A DNA stretch of 64,000 bases from Octopus bimaculoides. Lineage: Eukaryota. The DNA lies in NCBI RefSeq assembly GCF_001194135.2, contig NC_068989.1, positions 277,182 to 341,181 on the forward strand, in the 5' to 3' direction. This document shows, in pieces, positions 35,671-48,700 of the stretch (position 1 is the stretch's first letter; each line of letters opens with the position of its first letter). The position numbers and the translations under genes are program-made. Under the pieces are notes generated by a model that did not search any database, was not told where the DNA came from, and saw nothing but the letters and a program-made list of their open reading frames with translations.

Positions 35671-37306
35671 GTAAAATGAATTCTCTTTATTTTTTCATTT
35701 ACTTTATTTATTTAGGCACTTGTCCATACTTTTCCCAAGATGATTTGACATTGGTCTTCTTTGACATTCTCTTCTATTTCTATAAGGAATCGTTGTAATG
35801 CACTCAATATTAACCAATTCTCTTCCACTTACTCATGGTAAAGATAATTGCTTCATTAAAATCTAACATGGCAAATCTTCCTCATAAAAACTGAATCAGA
35901 GTAGTTTTTACTTGGTGCAGCTTAATTCTAAACAAGCAGACTTGTGATATCTTTTTATTTTAAAGGTATCTAGAGTTACATTACCTAACATATTCTTTCT
36001 GTTTTTTATATTGACAGACTGTGATTTGAGGAAGATTTGGTTGCTATTTCTGGTAGATCAATTAACCATGTAGAGGTAGAGTAGGACAATTTGGTGCAAA
36101 TGTTTTTCTGATGAACTATTTGGTATTCAAAGAAGACATACACACACAAATACAAACAGAAGCAGAAATGGACAGATAGTATCTAAATATACTGAAAGAA
36201 GACTAAAATATGGAGTTGTCACTCTTTACAAGATGATTTTTGTTTATAAGAGAAAATAATATTTCTAGTGATATACTGAAAAATGTAACCTTATTTTGTT
36301 TTTCATTTGGTAATTATGAATACTTTTATAATTTGAGATGGTTCCTACCCAACTAGAAAATATCAGTTCATTGTTATGTAGAATAAAAACGAAATTTTCT
36401 AAGTGCCAAGTTGGCGATACTTTGTTGTACACTTTATAATACTATGTTAGGCCTTGGAGTGCTGACAAATTATGTAAACTGCAATAAGTGTGTGAATCTG
36501 AGAGAGGAATATATTGAATAAAATCATAATTAACTGATCCTCATCCTGTATTTTCTTTTACTCAAAGCTAAGAACTTTTCATTAGCCCCCTCGTATATAA
36601 ATAGTAATATAACAAGTATATTCCAGGTGACACCATGTCATAACAATGGCATTTGGCACAGGGAAAACAACACATGTGATTGCTTTTTTACCTATAAAGA
36701 TGAATACTGCAAAATATTCAGACCGAGTAAGTTTTTCATTTTTTACTTTCTTTTTACTTATTGGATTGTGGCCATGCTGGGGCATTGCATTGAAAGATTT
36801 AATTGACTTCAACCACTATGTTAAGGAGATGTAAACAAAAGAATGTCAACTAGTTGGAGGACGGGGAGGGGGAAAGCACAAAGATTCACACACACACACA
36901 CACATCATCATCATCATCATCGTTGTTTAATGTCTGCCTTCCATGCAGGCAAGAGTTGGATAGTTTGACCGGAGCCAGACAGGCAGAAGACAACTCCAGG
37001 CTATTGTGTCTGTTTTGGCAGGATTTTTGTGGTCGGATGCTCTTCCTATCACCAACCACTCTGCAGAGTGAACTGAGTGCTCTTTATGTGACACCAGCAC
37101 AGGCAAGGTCAGTTTTGGCAGGATTTTTACAGCTGGATGCCCTTATATATATATATACAGCACAGGCCTCTACTAAAAACATAAGGAATTGACTAACCTG
37201 AGGTTGTATTAAAAACCACTTGCAAACACTGAGACTAAACCTGAAACCACAAGTGATTGTTCTGTCTTCTCTGGAAGTGGAGATAATTTCAGTAAGTACA
37301 TATGTA

Positions 37307-37365
<59 letters not shown>

Positions 37366-40190
37366 GCCTGTCCTTCTAATTGTTTCTGCTGTCCACCTTT
37401 GTATTGTCTGTCCGTCTGAATGGTTTATTGTCCTCTATTGCATTTTTGTTATATTCTTATATCTATATATACATATAGCAGCGTACGTACACACTTGTGC
37501 TCACCTAATGCAGTGACAGTCCAAACACAGACAGATGTTGCAGTGAATGACTGGTGGAGCGGAAGTGGCCTGAGACTGGAGTGTCACTGCCAAGTCTGAT
37601 GTCTCGGAGGTGCTTAGTGAACCAGTCAACCAAGCAGACAGTGAGAGCAGGAGATAACATTAAAAGAGTTGGCATTAGGAAGGGCATCCAGCTGTAGAAC
37701 CCTTGCCAGATCAAGTGGAAAGCCTAGCAAGTCTTATTTATGAAATTGGAAAGCCTGGTATATTAATGCCTGCCTTTCCAATCTGTGAATCAGTCTTTCA
37801 ATGTCACTTAAATTGTATTAGCAGAATTATTTATGCAAATTTTGGAAATTGCTAGGCTTTCCAATTTCATGAGATTGCTATTTATGAAATCTTCGAAAAT
37901 TTTTAAAAAGTGACTGAATCACATTTATTTAGAATACTTATGATTTTATTTGCTACAGGTTCCTGCAAACAAGTATATCAAACATTTATTGCTGCTGGAA
38001 AAACACCTTCTAGCAATAAGTTTGTTGTCTATACTCCAGATAAGAAAGCCATTGAAGTATTTTGCGATTTTAAAAATACTTTTGGTGTAACATACATCTC
38101 CAAAGACTCCTTGTTGAACATGACCAATGATGATCTGCAACTGTTTGTGCCTGACTCAAGTAGGTTTGTGATAAGATATGCCATTACAGATGGATCTCAA
38201 ACTGAAGCAACTTTAAAATTTGTATCAACGTGAGTACTTGTGTCCCATTTTGTTTGCTTACTTTTTTGATGCTTTCACAGTCAATAGTTATAAAGTACCT
38301 CCACTCTAGATGGAAAAGGCAAACTGAAGTTTCTCATTGGACCTGTTAGGAGTTAGGTGGACTGAGCTACTGAAAGTATCTTAATCTATTATACAACACT
38401 AATGATTAAATGCAAATGTATTCAATTTTTTGACACATGGATAACTATGATTCAGCTTTTTCTATTAACTGGCAACAAGAGGGATAATAGCATAAACACT
38501 TGTTACAACAGTTGTTTAGCTTACAAAAGAACTGAGTAAGAATAGATGAAGGAAGGTAATCAGAAATATTTCTAGAAAACTTACATATTATACTCTAAAC
38601 TAATCTAGTTGTGTACAGTACCCCCACTGCACACATACAAATGGTGATTATCCATAGCTAGTTCTAAGGGGAGCTGAAAATATATGCCTCTATACAATAG
38701 CAACAAATATGGATCAATTCCAATTGGTCACTTGACAAAAATGACCAATCAGCAGGAAACAACATTCTTAGTCTTACAGAAGATATCATACCACAATCAC
38801 GAAAGGCTAATCCATGTGGGTCTTAAGATGATGAATTTTCTCATGCATTAGCAGAATGGATACAATAAGTATTCCTTGACATCACCTTACATACTTTAAG
38901 TTGTTCTTCTTCACCTTGCATTGCTCAAAGATATTTTTCAAACATTTATCTCATTTAATTATAAAATTATTTTAGAGAGAAAATCTAAACCTCTATTCCT
39001 GTGCTTCTGTTTGACAAGTAAATTTATCTAAGTCGTAGTCATTTAATATTCTCTTTTCCATACTTGCATGGGGCAGACAGAATTTATTGAGACACATTGC
39101 CCAGCATTCTATTCTAGTTGCAAACCCCCATTTATTTCTCCAGAAGGTAATATTTCCCATGGTCAGATGTTTCCCACACAAAGCTGGAAATGAATGACAT
39201 CATTTGTATGGAAGAGATTCTCATTTACAACCATCACAAGATGTCCAGACAAGGGTACACACAAACACACAAGACAGGCTTCTTTCAGTTTCCATCTAGT
39301 GAATTAACTCTCAAGACTTTGGTTAGATAACCCAAGGTACCGCAGTGAATGACACTGAACCCAAAACTATATGAATACAAAGTGAGTTTCTTAACCATAA
39401 AGCCATACCTTCACCAACGAAATGTTGAAACTAAAATAGTTTCAGATTATTGTGGAGTCATATTGATCACTTGAAACATTCATATGTTTATATTTACTTT
39501 CATTTTGTCAGTGCATCAAAGAATTACCATCTTTCCACAAATTAATAAACTCATTTGTTGAGTGGGAGGTGTTTAAGTCACTGCCATTTCTTTCTTAGTG
39601 TTATATGGTAGTGTCTGTTGTTACAATCAAAGAGTACCCAGTGCCTAAAATGCCAAATATTTGATGGCGTGGGTGGTCCATTTTAGTCGGTAGTTGTTCT
39701 CTTGATTACACGTATGTTGAGTTTCTTTCTTATATATTACAGATACTCAGACCACTGGATTATCACACTTGGAGTGAATGAGACTTTGTCTAACCCACCA
39801 ATAAATTATCTACTGGAACCATATATACATATCACTGGCTTGCCAATTAGTTGCATGAATAAAGGTATTACAATGGGATATAATGCTGAAGGAACTAACT
39901 TTACATATTCAGTTTGTGATGAGAATAAAAATAATTATTTTGCTTTTTATGCAAACGCAAACCAGCTGACACTAAAACATTACTCATATGTGGGAATGGT
40001 TGAGAAGTGGAAAAGCAAGACTAAAAGTGTTCCTTCATCAGCTTTGTTAACCGAAGAATTTTTATATCTTTTGGAAATTTACTTTGGTGGTTGTGGTGGA
40101 CTTGTTACTTGTAACGCAGAGGAGAATTGTGCTGGAGCATCTCCAGGTTTTATCTTCAGTAAGTATTTCAATTTAAGTTTATCAATTTAA
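35344..40190 (+). CDS. Uncharacterised secreted protein: signal peptide, PAN/apple-like domain, short EGF-like module, fibrinogen-like N-terminal motif and unassigned C-terminal domain (about 372-381 aa)
   Basis: join(35344-35670,36627-36726,37959-38229,39743-40158 or 40190); junction phases 0, 1 and 2 all agree and all are GT-AG. Hydrophobic N-terminus MKLILLSIFLSTCHFSIKG. A 5' UTR acceptor ttattcag precedes 35297. Confidence 0.82.
36627..36726 (+). CDS. Secreted protein exon 2: 4-Cys EGF-like module (missed by the ORF track)
   Basis: ttccag/gtaagt; VTPCHNNGIWHRENNTCDCFFTYKDEYCKIFRP. Its phase 0-1 bridges exons 1 and 3 exactly. Confidence 0.85.
36903..37146 (-). mobile_element. RTE-type 3'-end repeat in intron 2 of the secreted-protein gene
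   Basis: (cat)n cgttgtttaatgtctgccttccatgc...cagctggatgccctt. Confidence 0.65.
37959..38229 (+). CDS. Secreted protein exon 3
   Basis: ctacag/gtgagt; SSCKQVYQTFIAAGKTPSSNKFVVYTPDKKAIEVFCDFKNTFGVTYIS...EATLKFVS. Confidence 0.82.
39743..40190 (+). CDS. Secreted protein exon 4 (ends at donor 40158 or reads through to TAA at 40190)
   Basis: ttacag acceptor; YSDHWIITLGVN...FTYSVCDENKNNYFAFY...EIYFGGCGGLVTC...GASPGFIF; gtaagt at 40159. Confidence 0.8.
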
Positions 40191-42735
40191 AAGTTGTTAT
40201 CTCAGATCAGCTTTGCCAACATTCTTGATGCTGATGTGAGTATCTTGGATCTGTAAATTTGAATATTTCAATGAAGTGTTCAAACAGAAATAACTCCAGT
40301 GTCTTGAATTCATATCTACCTCAAATAGTTTACTGAATGTTCATGAAGAGAATTTATTCTATCTAACTGAGTTCACAAAGCCTTTCTAGGAAAAATGTTA
40401 CCTGTACAAACACAGGTAGTCTGACAGACAATTTGCATCTTAGATCTACTGACGTGAGATGGCTGCAGGATTAAAATATTGGATTATATGTTCTTTCACT
40501 ATTATTTAAAACCTACAGAGAATTAAGTAGCTCATTGTCATGGCACTAGCATCAAATCAGAACCAAAATACATAAAAATGTATCCTTTTACATCATGGAG
40601 TATTACTGGTAATAAATGAACCTGTTGCAACAGGGGTTAGGTAGGTTGTATGAAGATTAGGCACAATGCCTGGTGGTATTTATTCTTGTGTTTGGATCCT
40701 GCCAAGGTCATCAAATAAAATAGCAATTGGGGAAAAGGAAGCAGTAGACGGAATTGTCTGATCATTGGATAGGGTGCCTTGTAGTATTTATTCCTCTTCA
40801 AATCCTACCATGGCCTACCTAACTTGTTGACTTGATCCTTTGTGGGGTGATAAGCAGAATTCATTTTGTTGGAAGCATTTGAGCCAAGTATCCAGCTTGT
40901 GAATTCCTCTCACCAGTCTTTGAGGCTCTGAAAAGGATCATTAATGGGTGTTGTCTCTTTTGACCAAGTGATGAAAGATAGAAACAGAAATCCTATCCAG
41001 TGAGGTGTGTGGACTGGATAAAGTGACCATCATATAAATGTGTTTGCTGTAGCTGTTGAAGATCGTCAAGTTCCATTAAAGGAAGGGTCAAAACCTACCC
41101 CACCTCACTAATTAACCTACGTCAGGTTAAATTAAATTCAAAACAGATCATTCTGCATATGTTGTGCCTAAAAGAAGATGGGATGGTTAAGTAATTGTTT
41201 CTAATTTAAGCAGAAAGTCAGTGATGTGGTGGATGAGATAATTGATGACATTGAATTTTAGCTTTTAATGGCAAAGTTGACCATGCAATCTAATAATAGA
41301 ATAAATACTGTAAGAAATTTAAAAACAAAAATAAAATTATCAAATTTTATAATTAGATAACATAATTATCTGAAAATATAATTATTTAAAGTGTGATTGG
41401 CAGAACGTTTTGTTAAGTTTAATAAATGTGTTAATTCTTTTCATGATGGTTTCTTTCAGGTATTCCTTAAGTAGATAATTCATTGATGTCAAAAGAAAGC
41501 AAATCAGGACGGAAAACAAGAAATAACAGAGTTCAATAATAAATACAAACAGAATATTTCCCAACAAATACTGAACATTACACTGTTATCAATAAGAAGA
41601 TCGAAGAGCAATAAACATGCATCATAGAACAACACATGGTAAACATTAGAAAATTCTGGAACAGTCAATGAACAACAGAAAATATTATGAAGCTGAGATG
41701 AATGATAATCTTAAAAAAGTAAACGAAAGTATGAAATAGATAGCTGCTATGTGGTGGTGCCTCAGTGTGACCACAGCCAACAGAGAGAGTGAGTCATAAA
41801 GTAGACAATGTATGTATTAGACAGCTTTTAAATAAACAGTATTATGTAGAGAGCAGAGTATTTGTTGAAGTTTTTGTATTTCTATGCTAAAATATATCAG
41901 TGAATCAGTGAGTTTGACTTTAGATTTAAAAGTATTAATCCTGCTATGAGCCATGGTGTCAGATATTTAGTTCTTTACAGGGCTAAAAGAACAGAGGCAA
42001 TATTTTGGATTACCAATTGATGGAATTGGAGATCATATTTGTTAGATTATATATTTGGAACATTGTAATCATTGCTTTTCATACTGGAATCAAAAAAAGG
42101 AAAATCATAATAAATACTTTATCCATTTTCTCCAACAATTTCATAGTGTTCTCTCACATTTTGGGTCCCAGTGCACAGTTATGGAAATATCATTTCTGCA
42201 CACAAACAATTTGCAGATGCAAGTGCTGCCAGTGTCATGAGGATATTCGTAATACAGTGCAGTCATTACTGTCATTACTTGCATTTCAGCTTTGATCACA
42301 ATTTCATCAAAGAGCATTTTTCATGTTGTACAACTAAATCAAAGTAAGACCCTCAAGAGGCATCGAGTATACTCTACAGCAGAATTAATAATCTGCTGCA
42401 GTCCAGTGGCTAAACAGAATTGTTGGAGGACTACTGATGAAGTAAATAAGTGTTTCAATAACTGTTGTTTTTGTTCAGGTTAAAGACGAGGGACTTTGGC
42501 TGCTATTTCCAGCAGGTGATCATGTACAAGTTTCATATATTATGCTAGCAACTACTTGACTAAGTCTCATGTACCACTCTAGTCATAGAAAATCTGGGAG
42601 CAGCTGTTAAACTTTACTGATGAAATCTAATAACGAAACTTACTCCATGCTATTTTTGATTCATCTAAATTCTGCAAATAGTCTTTCTTGGCCAGAAGTA
42701 AACATTAATTTAATGATTGGTTTTCCTCTTTACTA

Positions 42736-45700
42736 TCGAACGAACGAACAAACGAACAAACAAAAGAACGAAGAAACGAAAGAACGTAGTACGAACAAAC
42801 GAACGATTGAACGAAAGAACGTATGTACGTACGTACGAACGAACATACGTACGTACGAACGAACGAACGAATGAACGAACGTACGTACGAAGGTACGACC
42901 GAACGATCAAACCAACGAACGTACGTACGTACGAATTAACGTACGTACGTACGAATTAACGTATGTACATGCTTTCGTTCGTTCGTATGTACCTACGTTC
43001 GTTCGTTCGTACGTACGTATGTTCGTTCGGTCATTCGTAAGAACGTATGTACGTACGTTTGTTCGTTCGGTCGTTCGTTCGTAGTACGATCTTTCGTTCG
43101 TTCGTACGTACGTTCGTTCGTTCATTCATACGCACGTTCGTTTGTTCGTTCGTTCCTTCGTACGTACGTTCGTTCGTTCGTTTGGTCGTTCATTCGTACG
43201 TATGTACGTACGTTCCTTCCTTCCTTCATTTCGTTCATTCGTACGTACGTACGTTCATTCGGTCGTTCCTTCACTCGTACGTACGGACGTATGTACATGC
43301 TTTCGTTCGTTCGTACGTACGTATGTTCGTTCGATCGTTCATTTCGCTCGTTCATTCGTTTGTTCGTTCGTACGTACGTAGGTTCGTTCGTTCGATCGTT
43401 CGTTCAATCGCTCATACTTACGTTCATTCGGTCGTTCCTTCGCTCGTACGTACGGACGTATGTACATACGTACGTTCGTTCGTACGTACGTACGTTCGTT
43501 TGCTCGTTCATTCGTTCGTACGTACGGACGTTTGCAGATGCATTCGTTTGTTTGTTCGTTCGTTCGTTCGTACGTACATACTTACGTACTTTCGTTCGTT
43601 CGTTCGTACGTACGTTCGTTCGTTCGTACGTACATTCGTTCTTTCATTCGTTCGTTCGTTCGTTCGTACGTATGTACGTTCGTTCTTTCGTTAGTACGTA
43701 CGTACGTACATTAATTCGTTCGATCGTTCGTTTTTTCCTTTCTTAGTATGTACGTTCGTTCGTTCGTATGTACGTACGTACGTTCATTCGTTTGTACGTT
43801 AGTACGTTCGTTCGTACGTACGTACGTTCGTTTGCTCGTTCATTCGTTTGCAGATGCGTACGGACGTTTGCAGATGCGTTCGTTCGTTTGTTCGTTCGTA
43901 CGTACCTACGTTCGTTCGTTCGATCGTTCGTTCAATCGCTCATACTTAGGTTCATTCGGTCGTTCCTTCGCTCGTACATACGGACGTATGTACATACGTA
44001 CCTTCGTTCCTTCGTACGTTCGTACGTACGTACGTTCATACGTACGCACGTTCGTTCGTTCGTTCGTACGTATGTACGTACGCACATACGTACATTCGTT
44101 CGTACATTCTTTCGTTCGTTCGTTCGTTCCTTCATTTCGTTCGTTCTTTCCTTTGTACGTTCGTTTGCTCGTTCATTCGTTCGTACGTACGGACGTTTGC
44201 AGATGCGTTCGTTTATTCGTTCGATCGTTCAATCGATCGATCGTTCGTTTGTTCGTACGTACATACTTACGTACTTTCGTTCGTTCGTACTTACGTACGT
44301 AAGTTCGTTAGTTCTTTCATTCGTTCGTTCGTTCGTTTCGCTCCTTCGTTCGTTCGCTCGTTCTTTCGTTCGTACGTACGTACGTTCGTTCGTTCTTTCG
44401 TTCGTTCATTCGTACGTATGTACGTACGTACGTTCGCTGGTTCGTTCGTACGTATGTAGATGTGTTCGTTCGTTTGTTCGTTGGTACGTACGTACCTACG
44501 TTCGTTCGTTCGTACGTTCGTTCCTTCGTACTTTCGTACGTACGTACGTTCGTTCGTTCGTTCGATCATCCGTACGTACGTTTGCTCGTTCGTTCGTTCG
44601 TACGTATATAGATGCGTTCATTCATTTGTTCGTTCGTACGTACGTACCTACGTTCGTTCGTTCGTTCGTTCGAGCGATTCTTCCTTCGAGCGATGGACCG
44701 TACATACGAACGAACGATCGTACGTACGTACGAACGCACGAACAAACGAACGAACGAAAGAACCATCGTACGAACGAACGAACGAGCGTACGCACGTACG
44801 TAACTACGACCGAAAGAATGAACGAACTTACGAAAGAAAGTACGTACGAATGAACGAACGAACGGACAAACGAACGAGTGTAAGTACATACGTACGAACG
44901 AACCAACGACCGACCGAACGAAAGAACGAACGAACGTATGTACATACGTACGTACGAACAACGTGCGTTCGTTCGTTTGGTCGTTCATTCGTACGTATGT
45001 ACATACGTTCGTACGTACATTCGTTCCTTCCTTCATTTCGATCATTCGTTCGTTCGTACATACGTACGATCGTTTGTTCGTATGTACGTACGTTCATTCG
45101 GTCGTTTCTCCGCTCGTACGTACGGACGTATGTACATGCTTTCATTTGTTGTTCATTCGTTCGTTCGTTCGTTCGTTTCGCTCGTTCGTTCGTTCGTTCG
45201 TTGGTTCATTCGTTCGTACGTATGTAGATGTGTTCGTTCGTTTGTTCGCTGGTACGTACGTACGTACCTACGTTCGTTTGTTCGTACGTTCGTTCCTTCG
45301 TACTTTCGTACGTACGTTCTTTCGTTCGATCATTCGTACGTATGTACGTACGTACGTTTGCTGGTTCATTCGTTCGTACGTATGTAGATGCGTTCGTTCG
45401 TTTGTTCGTTCGTACGTACGTACCTACGATCGTTTGTTCATTCGTTCGTTTGATCGTTCGTTCGATCGTTCGTTCGTACGTACATACGTACTTTCGTTCG
45501 TTCGTTTGTTCGTTCGTTCGTACGTACGTACGTAATTTCGTTCGTTATTTCGTACGCTCGTTCATTCGTTCGTTCTTACGTTCGTACTTACTTACTTTCG
45601 TTCGTTCGTTCGTTCCTTCGTACGTACGTTCGTACGTACATGCGTTCGTTCGTTCTTTCATTCGTTCGTTGATTTGTTCGTTCGTTTGTTCGTACGTACG

Positions 45701-48700
45701 TTCGTTCGTTCGTTTGTACGTATGTAAGTTAGTTCGTTCGCACGTACGTAATTACGTATGTACGTTCGTTCTTTCGTTAGTACGTACGTACGTCCATTCG
45801 TTCGTTCGTACGTACGTTCATTTGTTCATTCGTACGTACGTACTTACGTACGTTCGTTCGTTTGTTAGCATGTACGTACATACGTACGTTCATTCGTTAG
45901 TTCGTTCGTTCCTTCGTTAGTTCCTTCCTTCGTACGTTCGTTCGTTTGGTCATTCATTCGTACGTATGTACATACGTACATTTGTTCGTACTTACGTTCG
46001 TTCGTACGTACGTTCGTTCATTCGTACGTTCGTTCGTACGTACGTTCGTTCGTACGTACGTTCGTTCCTTCTTTTATTTCGTTTATTCGTACGTTCGTAT
46101 GTACGTACGTTCATTCGGTCGATCCTTCGCTCGAACGTACGGACGTATGTAGATGTGTTCGTTCGTTTGTTCGTCCGTACGTACGTATGTACCTACACTA
46201 CGTTCGTTCGTTCGTTCCTTCCTTCCTTCCTTTGTACGTACGTACATACGTTCCTACGTTCGTACATACGTACGTACGTTCGTTCAGTCATTCTTACGAC
46301 CGTATGTACGTACCTACGTTCGTTCGTTCCTACGTTCGTTCTTTCGTACGTACGAACGTACGTTCGTTCGTTCGTTCGCTCTTTCCTTCGATCATTCGTA
46401 CGTATGTACGTACGTACGTTTGCTCGTTCGTTCGTTCGTACGTATGTAGATGCGTACGTTCGTTTGTTCGTTCGGACGTACGTACCTACGTTCGTTCGTT
46501 CAATCGTTCGTTCGTTCGTTCGATCTTTCGTTCGTACGTACGTAATTTCGTTCGTTCGTACGTACGTAATTTCGTTCGTTCGTTCGTACGTTCGTTCTTT
46601 CATTCGTTCGATCGTTCGTTCTTTCGTTAGTACGTACGTACGTCCATTCGTTCGTTCGTACGTACGTACGTTCGTTTGTTCATTCGTACGTACGTACTTA
46701 AGTACGTTCGTTCGTTTGTTAGCACGTACGTTCATTCGTTAGTTCGTTCGTACGTTCGTTCCTGCGTACGTTCGTTCACTCGTACGTTCGTACGTACGCA
46801 CGTTCGTTCGTTCGTTCGTTTGGTCGTTCATTCGTACGTATGTACATACGTACGTTTGTTCGTACTTACGTTCGTTCGTACGTACGTTCGTTCATTCGTA
46901 CGTTCGTTCGTACGTACGTTCGTTCCTTCTTTCATTTTGTTCATTCGTACGTACGTTCATTCGGTCGATCCTTCGCTCGTACGTACGGACGTATGTACAT
47001 GCTTATGTTCGTACATACGTACGTACGTTCGTTCGGTCATTCTTACGACCGTATGTACGTACCTACGTTCGTACGTACGTACGTATGTACATACGTATGT
47101 TCGTTCGTATGTACGTTCGTTCCTTCTTTCATTTCGTTCCTTCGTATGTACGTACGTTCATTCGGTCGATCTTTCGCTCGTACGTACGGATGTATGTACA
47201 TGCTTACGTTCGTTTGTTCGTTCGTACGTACGTTCGTTCGTTAGTTCGTTCGTTCCTTTGTTCATTCGTTCGTTCGTTCGTACGTACGTTCTTACGTTCA
47301 TACATACGTACGTACGTTCATTCGTTTGTTCGTTTATTCGTTCGTTCGTTTGTAGGTACGTACGTACGGTCATTCGGTCGATCCTTCGCTCGTGCGTACG
47401 GACATATGTACATGCTTACATTCGTTTGTACGTTCATACGTACGTATGTACCTACGTTCGTACGTTCGTTCCATCGTACTTTCGTACGTACATACGTTCG
47501 TACGTACGTTCGTACGTACGTTCGTACGTACGTACGTTCGTTCGTTCTTTCGTTCGATCATTCGTACGTATGTACGTTCGTTCGTACGTATGTAGATGCG
47601 TACGTTCGTTTGTTCGTTCGTACGTACGTACGTACCTACATTCGTTCGTTCAATCGTTCGTTCGTTCGATCGTTCATTCGTTGGTACGTACTTTCGTTCG
47701 TTCGTTCGTTCGTTCGTTCGTACGTACGTAAGTACGTAATTTCGTTCGTTATTTCGTACGCTCGTTCGTTCATACGTACGTTCGTTCCTTCTTTCATTTC
47801 GTTCATTCGTACGTTCGTATGTACGTACGTTCATTTGGTCGATCCTTCGCTCGTACGTACGGATGTATGTACATGCTTACGTTCGTTTGTTCGTTCGTAC
47901 GTACGTATGTACCTACACTACGTTCGTTCGTTAGTTCGATCGTTCCTTCGTTCCTTCCTTCCTTTGTTCGTTCTTTCTTTCGTTCGTTCGTTCGTACGTA
48001 CGTAATTACGTATGTACCTTTGTTCTTTCGTTAGTTCGTACGTACGTACGTACGTTCGTTCGTTTGTTAGTACGTACGTACATACGTACGTTCATTCGTC
48101 AGTTCGTTCGTACGTTCGTCCCTTCGTAAGTTCGTACGTACGCACGTTCGTTCATTCGTTCGTTTGGTCGTTCATTCATACGTATGTACATACGCACGTT
48201 TATTCGTACGTACGTTCGTTCGACGTACTTTCGTTCATACGTCCGTTCGTTCGTTCCTTCTTTCATTTCGTTCATTCGTACATTCGTATGTACGTATGTT
48301 CATTCGGTCGATCTTTCGCTTGTACGTACGGACGTATGTACATGCTTACGTTCGTTTGTTCGTTCGTACATATGTATGTACCTACACTATGTTCGTTCCT
48401 TCGTTCGGTCGTTCCTTCGATTGTCTGTTCGATCGTTAATTCGTTGGTACGTACGTACGTACGTTCGTTCGTTCGTTCGTACGTAAGTACGTTCTTTCGT
48501 TCGTTCATTCTTTTGTTTGTTTGTTTGTTCGTTTGTTCGTACGTACGTACTTACGTTCGTTCGTTCTTTCGTTCGTTCCTTCGTTCGGTAGTTCTTACGT
48601 GCGTATGTACATACGTTCGTTCGTTCTTTCGTTCCGTCGTTCGTTCGTTCGTACTTACGTACGTACGTTCGTTCGTTCCACCGTTAGACCGTTCGTTCGT

